Below are positions 1 to 9,093 of a stretch of 64,000 bases of DNA, in pieces. Within the stretch, counting starts at the first letter, position 1. The number at the start of each line of letters is the position of its first letter. The notes beneath the pieces are model-generated. The model worked only from the letters and a program-made list of their open reading frames with translations. It was not told the origin of the DNA and did no database searches. Made by a program: the position numbers and the translations under genes. The DNA lies in assembly GCA_041170435.1 (NCBI GenBank), contig JBEAYU010000088.1, positions 143 through 64,142 of the forward strand, given 5' to 3'. This DNA is from Bacteroidota bacterium (GTDB lineage Bacteria > Bacteroidota > Ignavibacteria > Kapaibacteriales > Kapaibacteriaceae).

Positions 1-539
1 TCTCGCGTGAGCGTCCACGGATGACGGGTCACGTTCAGAAACGTCGAAACCTTCATCGAAGCCGGTACAGTGTAGGTGCCGGGATACGGCACAGCGCCGC
101 TGAGTGACACGTAGATCAGGCGCGCCCGACGCAGGGTAACGGTCGCTTCGAGATTCGCCGATCGCTCGCGGAACATCGACTGCAGGCGCTGCCGGAAATC
201 GGCAAGCGTCATGTCAGCCACGGAGAGTGCCCCCATGCGCTCGATCATGACCATGTTCTCGGGAGTGACCACGAGGAGCTTCTCGGTCAGGTCAATACCC
301 GTCGTCTGGTAGGCCAGGACGTCGCCGGGACCCAGGATGTACCGTGTGGGATCGACGACGTCGTCGGTCGGCAACTGGTCGGCCGTGAGGATCGCAGATT
401 GCGCCGCCGTGGCCCTGCTCGACGTGGAGAGTTTGTCCATGTCGAGGGCCGATGACGACCCCTGCGCCCAACCCTGTGTGATCACCCCGATGAGTAGTCC
501 AACGAGCACGAGCGCGTGGACACGACAAATAACGAGCAT
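1..539 (-). CDS. polysaccharide export protein, Wza/Poly_export family (N-terminal part, runs off window)
   Basis: Absent from the ORF track because it has no stop in the window. Hand translation from the ATG (complement of cat 537-539) gives MLVICRVHALVLVGLLIGVITQGWAQ (signal peptide), then ...TRYILGPGDVLAYQTTGIDLTEKLLVVTPENMVMIERMGALSVADMTLADFRQRL. This matches the Poly_export pattern Y-x-LGPGD-x-L. It lies downstream of wecB on the same strand. Confidence 0.65.
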   Translation of the reverse strand, partial: MLVICRVHALVLVGLLIGVITQGWAQGSSSALDMDKLSTSSRATAAQSAILTADQLPTDDVVDPTRYILGPGDVLAYQTTGIDLTEKLLVVTPENMVMIERMGALSVADMTLADFRQRLQSMFRERSANLEATVTLRRARLIYVSLSGAVPYPGTYTVPASMKVSTFLNVTRHPWTLTR

Positions 540-599
540 CCGGATCCAAAGTGTGTGGAAAAGTCTTCGCGGACGCGGCAAACTTACGAATAGTGTGCC

Positions 600-1694
600 C
601 TAGAAAGCCCCGAGAATCGAGCCGATTCTGGCTACGATCCTCTCCGAAGCGTGACCATCCCAGAGCGGTGGGACCGAGCCGACAGGGTGGGTTCCGGCGA
701 TGAACCCCTTGATGGCCGTCAGAATGCCATCGCGCGTTGGCGTCACCAGGACATTGGTTCCCATGGTGGTGGTGATCGGCCTCTCGGTGGTTGTGCGAGC
801 GGTGATGCAGGCCACGCCAAGCGCAGTGGTCTCCTCTTGGATGCCCCCTGAGTCGGTGAGCACGACCCGCGCATGCATCATCAGCGCGAGAAAGTCCACA
901 TATCCGGCTGGGTCGATCATGCGAACGCCGGCAGGAAGTGCAAGCCCCTTGGCCTCGATGTTCTTGCGGGTGCGTGGATGCACGGGAAAGACCACCGGCA
1001 TGGTTGAGGCGATCTCGCCCAACACGCCGATGAGCATTCCGAGCTGCTGGGAGTCGTCCACATTGCTGGGCCGGTGCATGGTCACCAAGCAGTACGTGCC
1101 GCGCTCAAGTCCCAGATGATCAAGAATGGGGCTCTGCATGGCCTTCGCACGGGCATAGTGCAGAGAGTCGATCATGGTGTTGCCAACAAAGTGCACGCGC
1201 GCCGGATCGACGCCTTCTCGCATCAGGTGGTCCATGCCGCTCTGCTCGGTCACGAACAGGTCGTCAACGATCGCGTCCGTGGCGAGTCGGTTGATCTCCT
1301 CAGGCATCGTGCGGTCGAACGACCGAAGACCGGCCTCGACGTGTGCGGTGCGTATGCCCATCTTGACGCTCACAAGGGCGCATGCGATGGTACTGTTGAC
1401 GTCGCCCACAACGATGACGTAGTCTGCCTCGGCCTCTTGACAGACCTTTTCGAAGCCGACCATGACCTTGGCGGACTGTTCGGCGTGCGAGCCCCCTCCG
1501 GCACCAAGGAACCATGCCGGATGAGGCATGTCGAGATCCCGAAAGAACGCATCCGACATGGCAGCGTCATAATGCTGTCCAGTATGTACGATGCGATGGT
1601 CCCAATGCTCAGGATCGGCAGCAAATGCCCGGTGGATGGGTGCCACCTTCATGAAATTGGGACGGGCACCGACGACGCTGATGACGCGTTTCAC
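600..1694 (-). CDS. wecB: UDP-N-acetylglucosamine 2-epimerase (non-hydrolysing)
   Basis: 364 aa. The N-terminus (GTG)KRVISVVGARPNFMKVAPI and the overall length are typical of WecB/Epimerase_2. It has a GTGA overlap with the upstream dehydrogenase stop. Confidence 0.9.
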   Translation of the reverse strand: MKRVISVVGARPNFMKVAPIHRAFAADPEHWDHRIVHTGQHYDAAMSDAFFRDLDMPHPAWFLGAGGGSHAEQSAKVMVGFEKVCQEAEADYVIVVGDVNSTIACALVSVKMGIRTAHVEAGLRSFDRTMPEEINRLATDAIVDDLFVTEQSGMDHLMREGVDPARVHFVGNTMIDSLHYARAKAMQSPILDHLGLERGTYCLVTMHRPSNVDDSQQLGMLIGVLGEIASTMPVVFPVHPRTRKNIEAKGLALPAGVRMIDPAGYVDFLALMMHARVVLTDSGGIQEETTALGVACITARTTTERPITTTMGTNVLVTPTRDGILTAIKGFIAGTHPVGSVPPLWDGHASERIVARIGSILGAF

Positions 1695-3004
1695 TTTCCG
1701 TCTCCAAGAAGGACGATGTTGCGGTGTGGCCCCTTGACGTGTTTGGTGGCATTGCGCGTATCGATGACGACCTTGGCATTCTGACAGATCATGTCAACAT
1801 CAAACGACGAGTGATCCGTGGTGATCACCACCACGTCGTGACGCTTGATGTAGGCCGGTGTGAGGTTCTTGCGTGATGTCAACGTACGGTCATGCACCTG
1901 CACGCTGGGGATGTAGGGATCGAAGTATGAGATGTTCTCAATACCGTCCTCCAGCAGCAGCTCGGCCACCTTCAGTGCCGGCGAGTGGCGCAGATCATCG
2001 ACATCCTTCTTGAAGGCCATACCCAACAGCAGCACCTTGGCGCTCTTGAGCGTCACCGGTTGCTTGGCGATCTCGCGCTCAATCATCGCTCGCACGTAGA
2101 ACGGCATCGACTCGTTGACCTCCGCCGCAAGCGTGATGAAGTTCGTGACGAAGTCCACCTCGCGGGCGGCCCACGACAGATAGTACGGGTCGATCAGAAT
2201 ACAATGCCCACCGATTCCCGGCCCCGGATAGAATGGCATGAAGCCGAACGGCTTGGTCTTGGCCGCTTCGACCACCTCCCAGATGTTCACACCGATACGG
2301 TCACACAGCTGGGCCAGCTCGTTGACAAGCGCGATGTTGACGCTGCGGAAGATGTTCTCCAGCAGCTTCTCCATCTCGGCAACGGCCGGCGTGCTTACGG
2401 GCACCACCTCGGTGATGATGCGCCGATTGATGGCAATGGCAAGGTCCGTGCACGCCGCGCTCACGCCCCCGACAACAACTGGCGTGTTCTTGGTGGTCCA
2501 CACCTGGTTGCCGGGATCGATGCGCTCCGGAGAGAACGCCAGGAAATAGTCTGTTCCACAGGTCAGGCCGACACGGTCGAGAATGGGTTTGACGTACTTC
2601 TCGGTCGTTCCCGGGAAGGTGGTGCTCTTGAGGATCACCAGCTGCCCCTTGCGAAGGTGGGCCGCGATTCCCTCTGTAGCATGGACGATATGCGAAATGT
2701 CCGGGTCCTTGTTCGGCGTGAACGGCGTCGGCACACAGACATAGATGACGTCACACTGAGCACATGCACCAAAGTCCGTGGTGGCCGTCAGCGTCTTCTT
2801 CTTCTTCACCACGTCGTAGATCTCTTCATCATTGAGATCCTGGATGTAGTTCTTCCCCGCCGATAAGCTCTTGACCTTCTCGGCACTGACGTCGATCCCG
2901 ATGGTGCGTATGCCCTCCTTGGAGAATTCGAGGGCAAGGGGCAGCCCAACGTATCCGAGGCCAACGATGCCAACGGTGACCGAGCCGTCGAGGATCTTCG
3001 ACAT
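1691..3004 (-). CDS. nucleotide-sugar dehydrogenase (UDP-glucose/GDP-mannose dehydrogenase family, UDP-ManNAc/GlcNAc dehydrogenase-like)
   Basis: The ORF track gives 519 aa. The Rossmann motif VGIVGLGYVGLPLALEF begins 10 aa after the internal ATG at 3004 (MSKILDGSVT). The 82-aa upstream extension is Arg/Ser-rich junk, so I trimmed to 437 aa. Confidence 0.85.
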   Translation of the reverse strand: MSKILDGSVTVGIVGLGYVGLPLALEFSKEGIRTIGIDVSAEKVKSLSAGKNYIQDLNDEEIYDVVKKKKTLTATTDFGACAQCDVIYVCVPTPFTPNKDPDISHIVHATEGIAAHLRKGQLVILKSTTFPGTTEKYVKPILDRVGLTCGTDYFLAFSPERIDPGNQVWTTKNTPVVVGGVSAACTDLAIAINRRIITEVVPVSTPAVAEMEKLLENIFRSVNIALVNELAQLCDRIGVNIWEVVEAAKTKPFGFMPFYPGPGIGGHCILIDPYYLSWAAREVDFVTNFITLAAEVNESMPFYVRAMIEREIAKQPVTLKSAKVLLLGMAFKKDVDDLRHSPALKVAELLLEDGIENISYFDPYIPSVQVHDRTLTSRKNLTPAYIKRHDVVVITTDHSSFDVDMICQNAKVVIDTRNATKHVKGPHRNIVLLGDGK

Positions 3005-3074
3005 GAGCTGTTGTTCCGACCGACTTCCCGATGTTCTCGGACGTCCGACGCGGCGAAGTGCCATTGATGACCTC

Positions 3075-4091
3075 TTAGAGTGATGTTCCGTAATGCTTTG
3101 CGTAATAGTCGAGATATGCACCCGAGCGGACGTTCTCGCACCACGCAGAATTGTTGCGATACCAGGCGACCGTCTCGGCCAGCCCCTTCTCAACCGAGTG
3201 CACCGGGTGCCAGCCGAGTTCGCTGGTGGCCTTGTGCGGGTCGATCGCATAGCGACGATCGTGTCCGGGACGATCGGTCACATGACGGATCAGCGACGCA
3301 TCGGCCCCCGTGATCTCAAGGATGCTCTGCACGATGTCAATGTTGAAACGCTCGCCGAAGCCTCCGAAGTTGTAGACCTCTCCGGCACGACCTCGCTCAA
3401 GAGCCAACATGATCCCACGGCAATGATCATCCACGTGAAGCCAGTCACGCACTTGCCGCCCGTCGCCATAGACGGGAAGGGGCTTCCCCTCCAAGGCATT
3501 GAGCGTCATCAGCGGAATGAGCTTCTCGGGGAACTGGTATGGACCGTAGTTGTTCGAGCAGCGCGTCGTAACGCAGTCCATCCCGTACGTATGCACAAAG
3601 GCACGCACCAGCAGATCGCTGGCCGCCTTGGAGGCAGAATATGGGGAGTTGGGCTGCAGCGGAGTCTCCTCGGTAAAGGGCGCATCGTCCGGCCCCAGAG
3701 TGCCATACACCTCGTCGGTGGAGACGTGCACGAACCGGCGAACTGACGCTGACCGTGACGCTTCGAGGAGGCGGAGGGTTCCGGTGACGTTGGTCTCGAC
3801 GAATGGTGCAGCCGAAGCGATCGAACGGTCAACATGTGACTCTGCAGCCAAGTGCAGCACAGCGTCGATGGCATGATCCGAGAACAGCTTGGTGAGCACG
3901 TCGACGTCGGTGATTGACCCATGGACAAAGACGACGTTCTGAACGTCGATGACGCCCTCGAGGTTCTGCAGGTTTCCCGCATACGTGAGCGCGTCGAGCA
4001 CAACCAGCCGATACTGTCCGCTGGCAGCTACCATGCGAACGAGGTTGCTACCGATGAATCCGGCCCCGCCGGTCACAAGCAATGTGGTCAT
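3075..4091 (-). CDS. rfbB: dTDP-glucose 4,6-dehydratase
   Basis: 338 aa. It has MTTLLVTGGAGFIGSNLV, YSASKAASDLLVRAF (the YxxxK catalytic motif) and a C-terminal pattern typical of RmlB. Confidence 0.9.
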   Translation of the reverse strand: MTTLLVTGGAGFIGSNLVRMVAASGQYRLVVLDALTYAGNLQNLEGVIDVQNVVFVHGSITDVDVLTKLFSDHAIDAVLHLAAESHVDRSIASAAPFVETNVTGTLRLLEASRSASVRRFVHVSTDEVYGTLGPDDAPFTEETPLQPNSPYSASKAASDLLVRAFVHTYGMDCVTTRCSNNYGPYQFPEKLIPLMTLNALEGKPLPVYGDGRQVRDWLHVDDHCRGIMLALERGRAGEVYNFGGFGERFNIDIVQSILEITGADASLIRHVTDRPGHDRRYAIDPHKATSELGWHPVHSVEKGLAETVAWYRNNSAWCENVRSGAYLDYYAKHYGTSL

Positions 4092-4196
4092 GCTACACGT
4101 TTCTGTGTGATTGAGTCGTAATTCCGTTCAACGTCGCTTTGCCCATTTTACGGGGCTTGCAGGCTTGTCATCGGCACGCCGCACGGCAATTCCGAA

Positions 4197-4204
4197 CAAA
4201 GTTA
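4197..4204 (-). promoter_or_regulatory. candidate Bacteroidetes-type -7 box (minus-strand CGTAACTTTG)
   Basis: Plus-strand caaagtta is TAACTTTG on the minus strand and matches TAnnTTTG with the CG prefix seen at other loci. It abuts the GH3 stop and lies about 105 nt upstream of the rfbB ATG. Confidence 0.3.
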
Positions 4205-4206
4205 CG

Positions 4207-5736
4207 CTAATTCTTCGGAACCGCTTTGCCTACTAACCGAAGAACACTCGCCGCTATCGACGGGAGCGTGTCGGAATACGTGTAGATCACCGTGTCGGCC
4301 AGGGTCGCATTGATCCCATATGGACTGCCGCAGGCAACAACGATGCTGCGACGGTCGCCCCTGAGGGCGGCGATGATCTCCGGTAGTCGCGAAGTGGAGC
4401 CAAGCTCCCCACGGAAGGCAACGGCCTTTCCGAAGACGCCGAAGATCACAAGGTCGGACTCGGCTATACCCTGCCGTAGCGATGCGCACTCATCAGACGT
4501 TATGGAAAGGTCAACATAGCCGAAGTCAACATTGACGTCAGCCCCCTGAGCGATGGACTGAAACCATGTTGTGGCCGATTCGACGCTGTGCTCATCAACG
4601 ATGGCGAAGGCCGCCACGTGCTTGGCCTGCGTGATGGGCAGCAGATCGGCCGCTCCGACCACCCGAAGGGCCTCATCGGCGGCTTGCAGGGCCACCAAGG
4701 CGTGGGCATTCTGGTCCACCGTCATCTGCTGGGCTCGCGATCTATGGGGCGTGCCAGGCGTGCGTAGTCCCACGAATCGACGTGCCTGTTGCCATCGGCG
4801 CTCGCTTTCCTGCAGGCGTGCCTCGGAGAGTCGGCCTGACTCAATGGCCACGACCAAAGCGTCAATGGCCTCATCGGCGTTCTCGGGCATGAGTACCACA
4901 TCGCACCCGGCCTCGACTGCCGCGCATGCTGCTTGGGCGCTGGTGTATCGCGATGTGATGGCTCCCATGTCAAGCGCATCTGTGGTCACCAATCCATCAA
5001 AGCCCCATTGCTCGCGAACCAGGCCCGACACAACATGTGCCGACAGCGATGCCGGCGACGATGGATCGAGGAACGGCACAACGATGTGACCGATCATGAG
5101 ACTTTGGACGCCTTCATCGATGCATCCCCTAAAGGGAATGAACTCCCGTTCACGCGCCAGATCGGGCGCTAGTTCGATCGTCGGCAGGTCCCGATGAGAG
5201 TCCACGTGCGTATCTCCATGTCCGGGCACATGCTTGGCACAGGCCATCACCTTCACCGACTGTGTGCCGCGGACGTATGCGCGTGCATGCTCAGTGACCG
5301 TCTCGGGAGTTTCACCGAAGCTCCTGGTGTTGACGATCGGATTGTTTGGATTTGAGTTGATATCAGCCACAGGGGCCCAGTTCCAGTGGACACCGATGGC
5401 ATGGGCCTCTTCGGCGATCAACCGTGCAACGGTTTCGGTCGTCGACGCGCTGCAGCGTCCCAAGGCCATGGCCCTGGGAAAGGCGATGCCGCCCTCGAGG
5501 CGCATCGGAAGGCCATGTTCGTAGTCAGCGGCGATGAGCAGCTGCCGTCCCGCTCGCTGTTGCATGTGCTCGATCATCTGCGCGGTCTGCTCGAGGCCGC
5601 CCAGGAACACTCCAACGCCCCCTACTCCGCGGTCGATGAGACGTTCGATGGTGCGACGGTACTCGACGTCATCCCAGTGCCGCGCGTCGGCACGGATCAT
5701 CACAAGCTGTGCCGCACGACGATTAGGACTTGCCAT
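4207..5736 (-). CDS. glycoside hydrolase family 3 protein (beta-N-acetylhexosaminidase, NagZ-like)
   Basis: 509 aa. The motif KHVPGHGDTHVDSHRDLP and the surrounding GH3 N-terminal domain pattern are present. Confidence 0.8.
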   Translation of the reverse strand: MASPNRRAAQLVMIRADARHWDDVEYRRTIERLIDRGVGGVGVFLGGLEQTAQMIEHMQQRAGRQLLIAADYEHGLPMRLEGGIAFPRAMALGRCSASTTETVARLIAEEAHAIGVHWNWAPVADINSNPNNPIVNTRSFGETPETVTEHARAYVRGTQSVKVMACAKHVPGHGDTHVDSHRDLPTIELAPDLAREREFIPFRGCIDEGVQSLMIGHIVVPFLDPSSPASLSAHVVSGLVREQWGFDGLVTTDALDMGAITSRYTSAQAACAAVEAGCDVVLMPENADEAIDALVVAIESGRLSEARLQESERRWQQARRFVGLRTPGTPHRSRAQQMTVDQNAHALVALQAADEALRVVGAADLLPITQAKHVAAFAIVDEHSVESATTWFQSIAQGADVNVDFGYVDLSITSDECASLRQGIAESDLVIFGVFGKAVAFRGELGSTSRLPEIIAALRGDRRSIVVACGSPYGINATLADTVIYTYSDTLPSIAASVLRLVGKAVPKN

Positions 5737-5769
5737 GTGAACGGTGGTTGGATCGGCTCAGCCGGAGCG

Positions 5770-6267
5770 TCAGTCAGAAAAGATGACCGAGTCGCCCTCG
5801 AAGGAGCGGATCAGCGTGCGATAGGAATCCGGGATGCGCTCGGGCCGCTGAGTTGCCGGATTCAGGTGCACCAGTACACTGCTGGCCACGGCCAGGATCG
5901 TGCCGTTTTCGTGTCGGATGACGTGCTCGAATCCGAACGAGGAGTTCTTCACAAAGGGCACGCGTGTGTACACCGTATAAGGATCATCGAACTGCGCGGC
6001 ATAGCGGTATTCGATCGATGTTTTGAGCACCACAAAACGATGCTTTGTCACAAATGAATCCCGATCGATCGGCACTCCGATGTCGCGGAAGTACTCGATG
6101 CGCGCCGCCTCCAACCAGTACAAGTACACGGCATTGTGAACGATGCTTTGGCGGTCAACATCATACGACCGAACACGACTATGCAGCCGGTGCGAGTATG
6201 TGCCGTGACCCTCGATCGAGACGGGGCCGTGATCGATGGTTGCTTCGTCTTTGTCTGATGTGCGCAT
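5770..6267 (-). CDS. acyl-CoA thioesterase (4HBT/YbgC-like hotdog fold)
   Basis: 165 aa. SRVRSYDVDRQSIVHNAVYLYWLEAARIEYFRDIG is the typical YbgC/4HBT N-terminal pattern. Confidence 0.8.
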   Translation of the reverse strand: MRTSDKDEATIDHGPVSIEGHGTYSHRLHSRVRSYDVDRQSIVHNAVYLYWLEAARIEYFRDIGVPIDRDSFVTKHRFVVLKTSIEYRYAAQFDDPYTVYTRVPFVKNSSFGFEHVIRHENGTILAVASSVLVHLNPATQRPERIPDSYRTLIRSFEGDSVIFSD

Positions 6268-6304
6268 GGTGGATGCCGAGTTTATCGAACGATGGTGAGC
6301 GCTG

Positions 6305-6312
6305 CAAAGATA
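6305..6312 (-). promoter_or_regulatory. candidate -7 box (minus-strand TATCTTTG)
   Basis: Plus-strand caaagata is the reverse complement of TATCTTTG and matches TAnnTTTG. It lies 38 nt upstream of the thioesterase ATG (6267). Confidence 0.35.
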
Positions 6313-6318
6313 GGAACC

Positions 6319-7350
6319 TCAGGCAAGCACATCGGCGATGATCGCTGCCGCCGCCGACGTGTCCGCATCCGTGATCTGGTGATAGAAGACTGCTCTGAGC
6401 CGGCCGCGGCTGATCGGTGCGATGCGCAGGCCCCGCGCGTGGCAGGCAGCAACGAATGTCGCATCGTCCATCCCGTCAACCGAGAACACCACAACGTTGG
6501 TCTGCACGCGCGCCATGTCGATGCGCACGCGGCCGATGGCCGAGACGAGTCTGGCAAAGTCACGCGCCCTGCGATGATCATCCTTCAGTTTCGGAAGGAT
6601 CATGTCGAGCGCATACATCCCTGCCGCCGCTAACACGCCAACCTGACGCATTCCACCGCCGAGCATCTTACGCCACCGGCGGCCGCGCTCGATCTGCTCG
6701 CGGGTGCCAAGGATCACAGATCCAATCGGTGCCCCGAGCCCCTTGCTCAGGCAAACACTCATCGTCGAGAACAGCTTTCCGTACTCTCGTGGATGCTCTC
6801 CGCTGGCGGTCATCGCGTTCCAGATGCGCGCGCCATCGCAGTGCAGCGGCAGATGATGCTCGCTTGCCAGCGCATGCAAGGATCTCAAATAGTCGAGTGA
6901 CAGCACCGTGCCGCCGTGCCGGTTGTGCGAGTTTTCGACTGCGATCACTGCCGTTCGAGGGTAGTAGTAGGCCGACGGACGGATGGCATCACGAACCAGA
7001 TCCAGGGGCATCTCTCCCTGTTGCGAGGGGATGCCGTGGATCTGCGCACGGGCGATCACGCTGGTGGCTGCATTCTCGTAGTGGAAGATGTGAGCACCGG
7101 ACTCTGCGATGACCTCGTCACCCGTCGAGGCGTGAAGCGCCAAGCAGATCTGATTGCCTTGCGTGCCGGTGGGCACCAGCAGAGCTGCTTCTTTACCGAA
7201 CATCGACGCCACGCGCTCCTGAAGGGCATTCACGGTGGGATCTTCGCCATACACATCATCTCCTACCTCGGCCGCGGCCATGGCCGCGCGCATGCCCTCG
7301 TCGGGAACCGTGAGAGTGTCGCTTCGCAGATCGATGGGTCGTGACATCAT
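6319..7350 (-). CDS. ltaE: low-specificity L-threonine aldolase
   Basis: The homologous region starts at MMSRPIDLRSDTLTVPDEGMRAAMAAAEVGDDVYGEDPTVNAL (ATG at 7350). The 111-aa extension in the ORF track has no family resemblance. Confidence 0.85.
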   Translation of the reverse strand: MMSRPIDLRSDTLTVPDEGMRAAMAAAEVGDDVYGEDPTVNALQERVASMFGKEAALLVPTGTQGNQICLALHASTGDEVIAESGAHIFHYENAATSVIARAQIHGIPSQQGEMPLDLVRDAIRPSAYYYPRTAVIAVENSHNRHGGTVLSLDYLRSLHALASEHHLPLHCDGARIWNAMTASGEHPREYGKLFSTMSVCLSKGLGAPIGSVILGTREQIERGRRWRKMLGGGMRQVGVLAAAGMYALDMILPKLKDDHRRARDFARLVSAIGRVRIDMARVQTNVVVFSVDGMDDATFVAACHARGLRIAPISRGRLRAVFYHQITDADTSAAAAIIADVLA

Positions 7351-7360
7351 GGCAAGTCGG

Positions 7361-7368
7361 TAGTTTCG
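7361..7368 (+). promoter_or_regulatory. candidate -7 box variant (GGTAGTTTCG)
   Basis: TAGTTTCG has one mismatch to TAnnTTTG. The same GTAGTTTCGCG 11-mer recurs at 28191-28201. It lies 90 nt upstream of the acyl-CoA synthetase ATG. Confidence 0.25.
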
Positions 7369-7384
7369 CGTCCATAAACACTCG

Positions 7385-7398
7385 GGTCTGTGCAGACC
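7385..7398. promoter_or_regulatory. inverted repeat GGTCTG-tg-CAGACC, a possible operator, with a third half-site GGTCTGCA at 7413-7420
   Basis: Read directly from the divergent ltaE / acyl-CoA synthetase intergenic region. Confidence 0.3.
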
Positions 7399-7403
7399 GC
7401 AGG

Positions 7404-7411
7404 CAAATCTA
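7404..7411 (-). promoter_or_regulatory. candidate -7 box (minus-strand CCGTAGATTTG)
   Basis: Plus-strand caaatcta is TAGATTTG on the minus strand. The 10-mer CGTAGATTTG is identical to those at 45174-45183, 56788-56797 and 62751-62760. It lies 53 nt upstream of the ltaE ATG. Confidence 0.45.
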
Positions 7412-7458
7412 CGGTCTGCAATCCGGCCTGACCCCGACAATGCGAGGAAGTTCCACCC

Positions 7459-9072
7459 ATGCACACACCCGACGGGCCAGCCCACAACAGCTGGGGACAG
7501 CTGCTGAAGTTCAACGACCTGACCTATGGCGAAAAGCCCTGGTTGGTCTATTACGACGAAGCCGGCACGCGCATGAATTGGTCCTACAGCGTCTTCATCG
7601 ACGTTTCGCGACGCCTGGCGCAGCTGCTGCATGACCATGGCGTGCGGCGCGGATCGCGCGTTGTGATCGCCTCGCACAATCATCCCGACACGATCCTGGG
7701 GTACTTTGCCTGCTGGCTTCTGGGCGCTTGCGCCGTGCCGCTGAACATGACCGAGGACGATCAGCGTCTGGCCTACATCCTTGAGAACTGCGGCCCGTCA
7801 CTTGTGTTGTGCCGCAGTTGTTATGTGGATCGTCTGACGTCTGCCATGAAGGGGGCGAGCACCACCCTGATCGAGATGGATTCGGACGCGTCCGATCCAG
7901 AGTTCTATGCGAACATTCGACGCTGCCAGCCCCTTGATTATCCATCGTCGGACGCAGACATGCTCAACGACGAGTGTCTGCTGGTGTACACCAGCGGCAC
8001 AACGGGAAACCCCAAAGGCGTCGTGCTTGAACAACGCAACCTGTTTGCCGATGGCCAGGATATTTGCCTCTGGCATGGGATCACGCCCGATCAGCGGATG
8101 ATGTGCGTGCTGCCGGTACACCACGTCAACGGTACGATCGTGACGCACGTCACGCCGTTCATTGCCGGCGCATCGGTGGTGCTGCACCGCAAGTTTTCGC
8201 CTCGCACGTTCTTTTCGAGCATCGTTGCCGAGCGCGTCAACATCGTCAGCGTCGTACCAACACTCCTTGCCTTTCTCTTGGAGGCTGATGCCGATGCGAC
8301 GGGGGCACGCCAAGCTGGACTGCGTCATATCATCTGTGGTGCAGGCCCCCTGACATGCGAGCTGGCTGAGCGATTTGAATCGAGATACGGCATCCGCGTG
8401 ATGCACGGATATGGTCTATCGGAGACAACCTGCTACTCGTGCTTTCTTCCGGTGGACCTGTCCGATGATGAGCATCGACACTGGATGCAGGACTTCGGCT
8501 TTCCATCCATCGGTGTGGCGATCCCGTGCAATGAGATGGCGATCCACGACGACCGCGGACAGGATGTCCCCGATGGCGCGCGTGGCGAGATCGTCATCCG
8601 TGGCAGCAACGTCATGCGAGGGTATGACCGTAATGACAAGGCCAACGCAGAGGCGTTCGCCTTCGGATGGTTCCGCTCGGGCGACGAGGGGTTTCGCGTG
8701 GCCGATGAGCGCGGACGCCACTTCTACTTCATCACCGGACGCCTGAAGGAGCTGATCATTCGAGGGGGCGTCAACCTAGCGCCGTTGGAGATCGACGAGG
8801 TCATCAATCGCGCACCCGGCGTGCGGGCTGGCATCTGCGTCGGCTTTGAAAACAACATGTACGGCGAGGAAGTTGGTGCCTTGGTCATCCGCGCCGATGA
8901 GTCGGTGACCGAGGAGCAGATCCTTGCGTTCTGCCGTCAGCATCTGCCAACGTCGAAGTGTCCAAAGGTCGTGTTGTTTGCCGACTCCTTGCCGGTCACA
9001 TCAACGGGCAAATACCAGCGCAATCGCGTCAAACACCTGTTTGCCGAATGGAAAGACGCTCAGTGGCGATAG
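7459..9072 (+). CDS. AMP-dependent synthetase/ligase (acyl-CoA synthetase family)
   Basis: 537 aa. It has the AMP-binding signature LVYTSGTTGNPKGV and a later GWFRSGDEG motif. Confidence 0.85.
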   Translation: MHTPDGPAHNSWGQLLKFNDLTYGEKPWLVYYDEAGTRMNWSYSVFIDVSRRLAQLLHDHGVRRGSRVVIASHNHPDTILGYFACWLLGACAVPLNMTEDDQRLAYILENCGPSLVLCRSCYVDRLTSAMKGASTTLIEMDSDASDPEFYANIRRCQPLDYPSSDADMLNDECLLVYTSGTTGNPKGVVLEQRNLFADGQDICLWHGITPDQRMMCVLPVHHVNGTIVTHVTPFIAGASVVLHRKFSPRTFFSSIVAERVNIVSVVPTLLAFLLEADADATGARQAGLRHIICGAGPLTCELAERFESRYGIRVMHGYGLSETTCYSCFLPVDLSDDEHRHWMQDFGFPSIGVAIPCNEMAIHDDRGQDVPDGARGEIVIRGSNVMRGYDRNDKANAEAFAFGWFRSGDEGFRVADERGRHFYFITGRLKELIIRGGVNLAPLEIDEVINRAPGVRAGICVGFENNMYGEEVGALVIRADESVTEEQILAFCRQHLPTSKCPKVVLFADSLPVTSTGKYQRNRVKHLFAEWKDAQWR

Positions 9073-9093
9073 CAGGTCGCTGCGGTCGATGGA

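Noticed and set aside
292-603. ORFs 292-549 (minus) and 337-603 (plus) at the window edge.
   Set aside because: A different minus-strand frame (1-539) encodes a convincing Wza/Poly_export N-terminus with a signal peptide. The listed ORFs are off-frame shadows.
6319-7683. N-terminal extensions in the ORF track for ltaE (111 aa), the sugar dehydrogenase (1691-3250, 82 aa), waaA (28847, 50 aa), glgA (11218, 11 aa), ispE (10331, 15 aa) and others.
   Set aside because: Family-typical N-termini and Rossmann or signal motifs begin at internal ATGs. The extensions overlap neighbouring genes or promoter regions and have junk composition.
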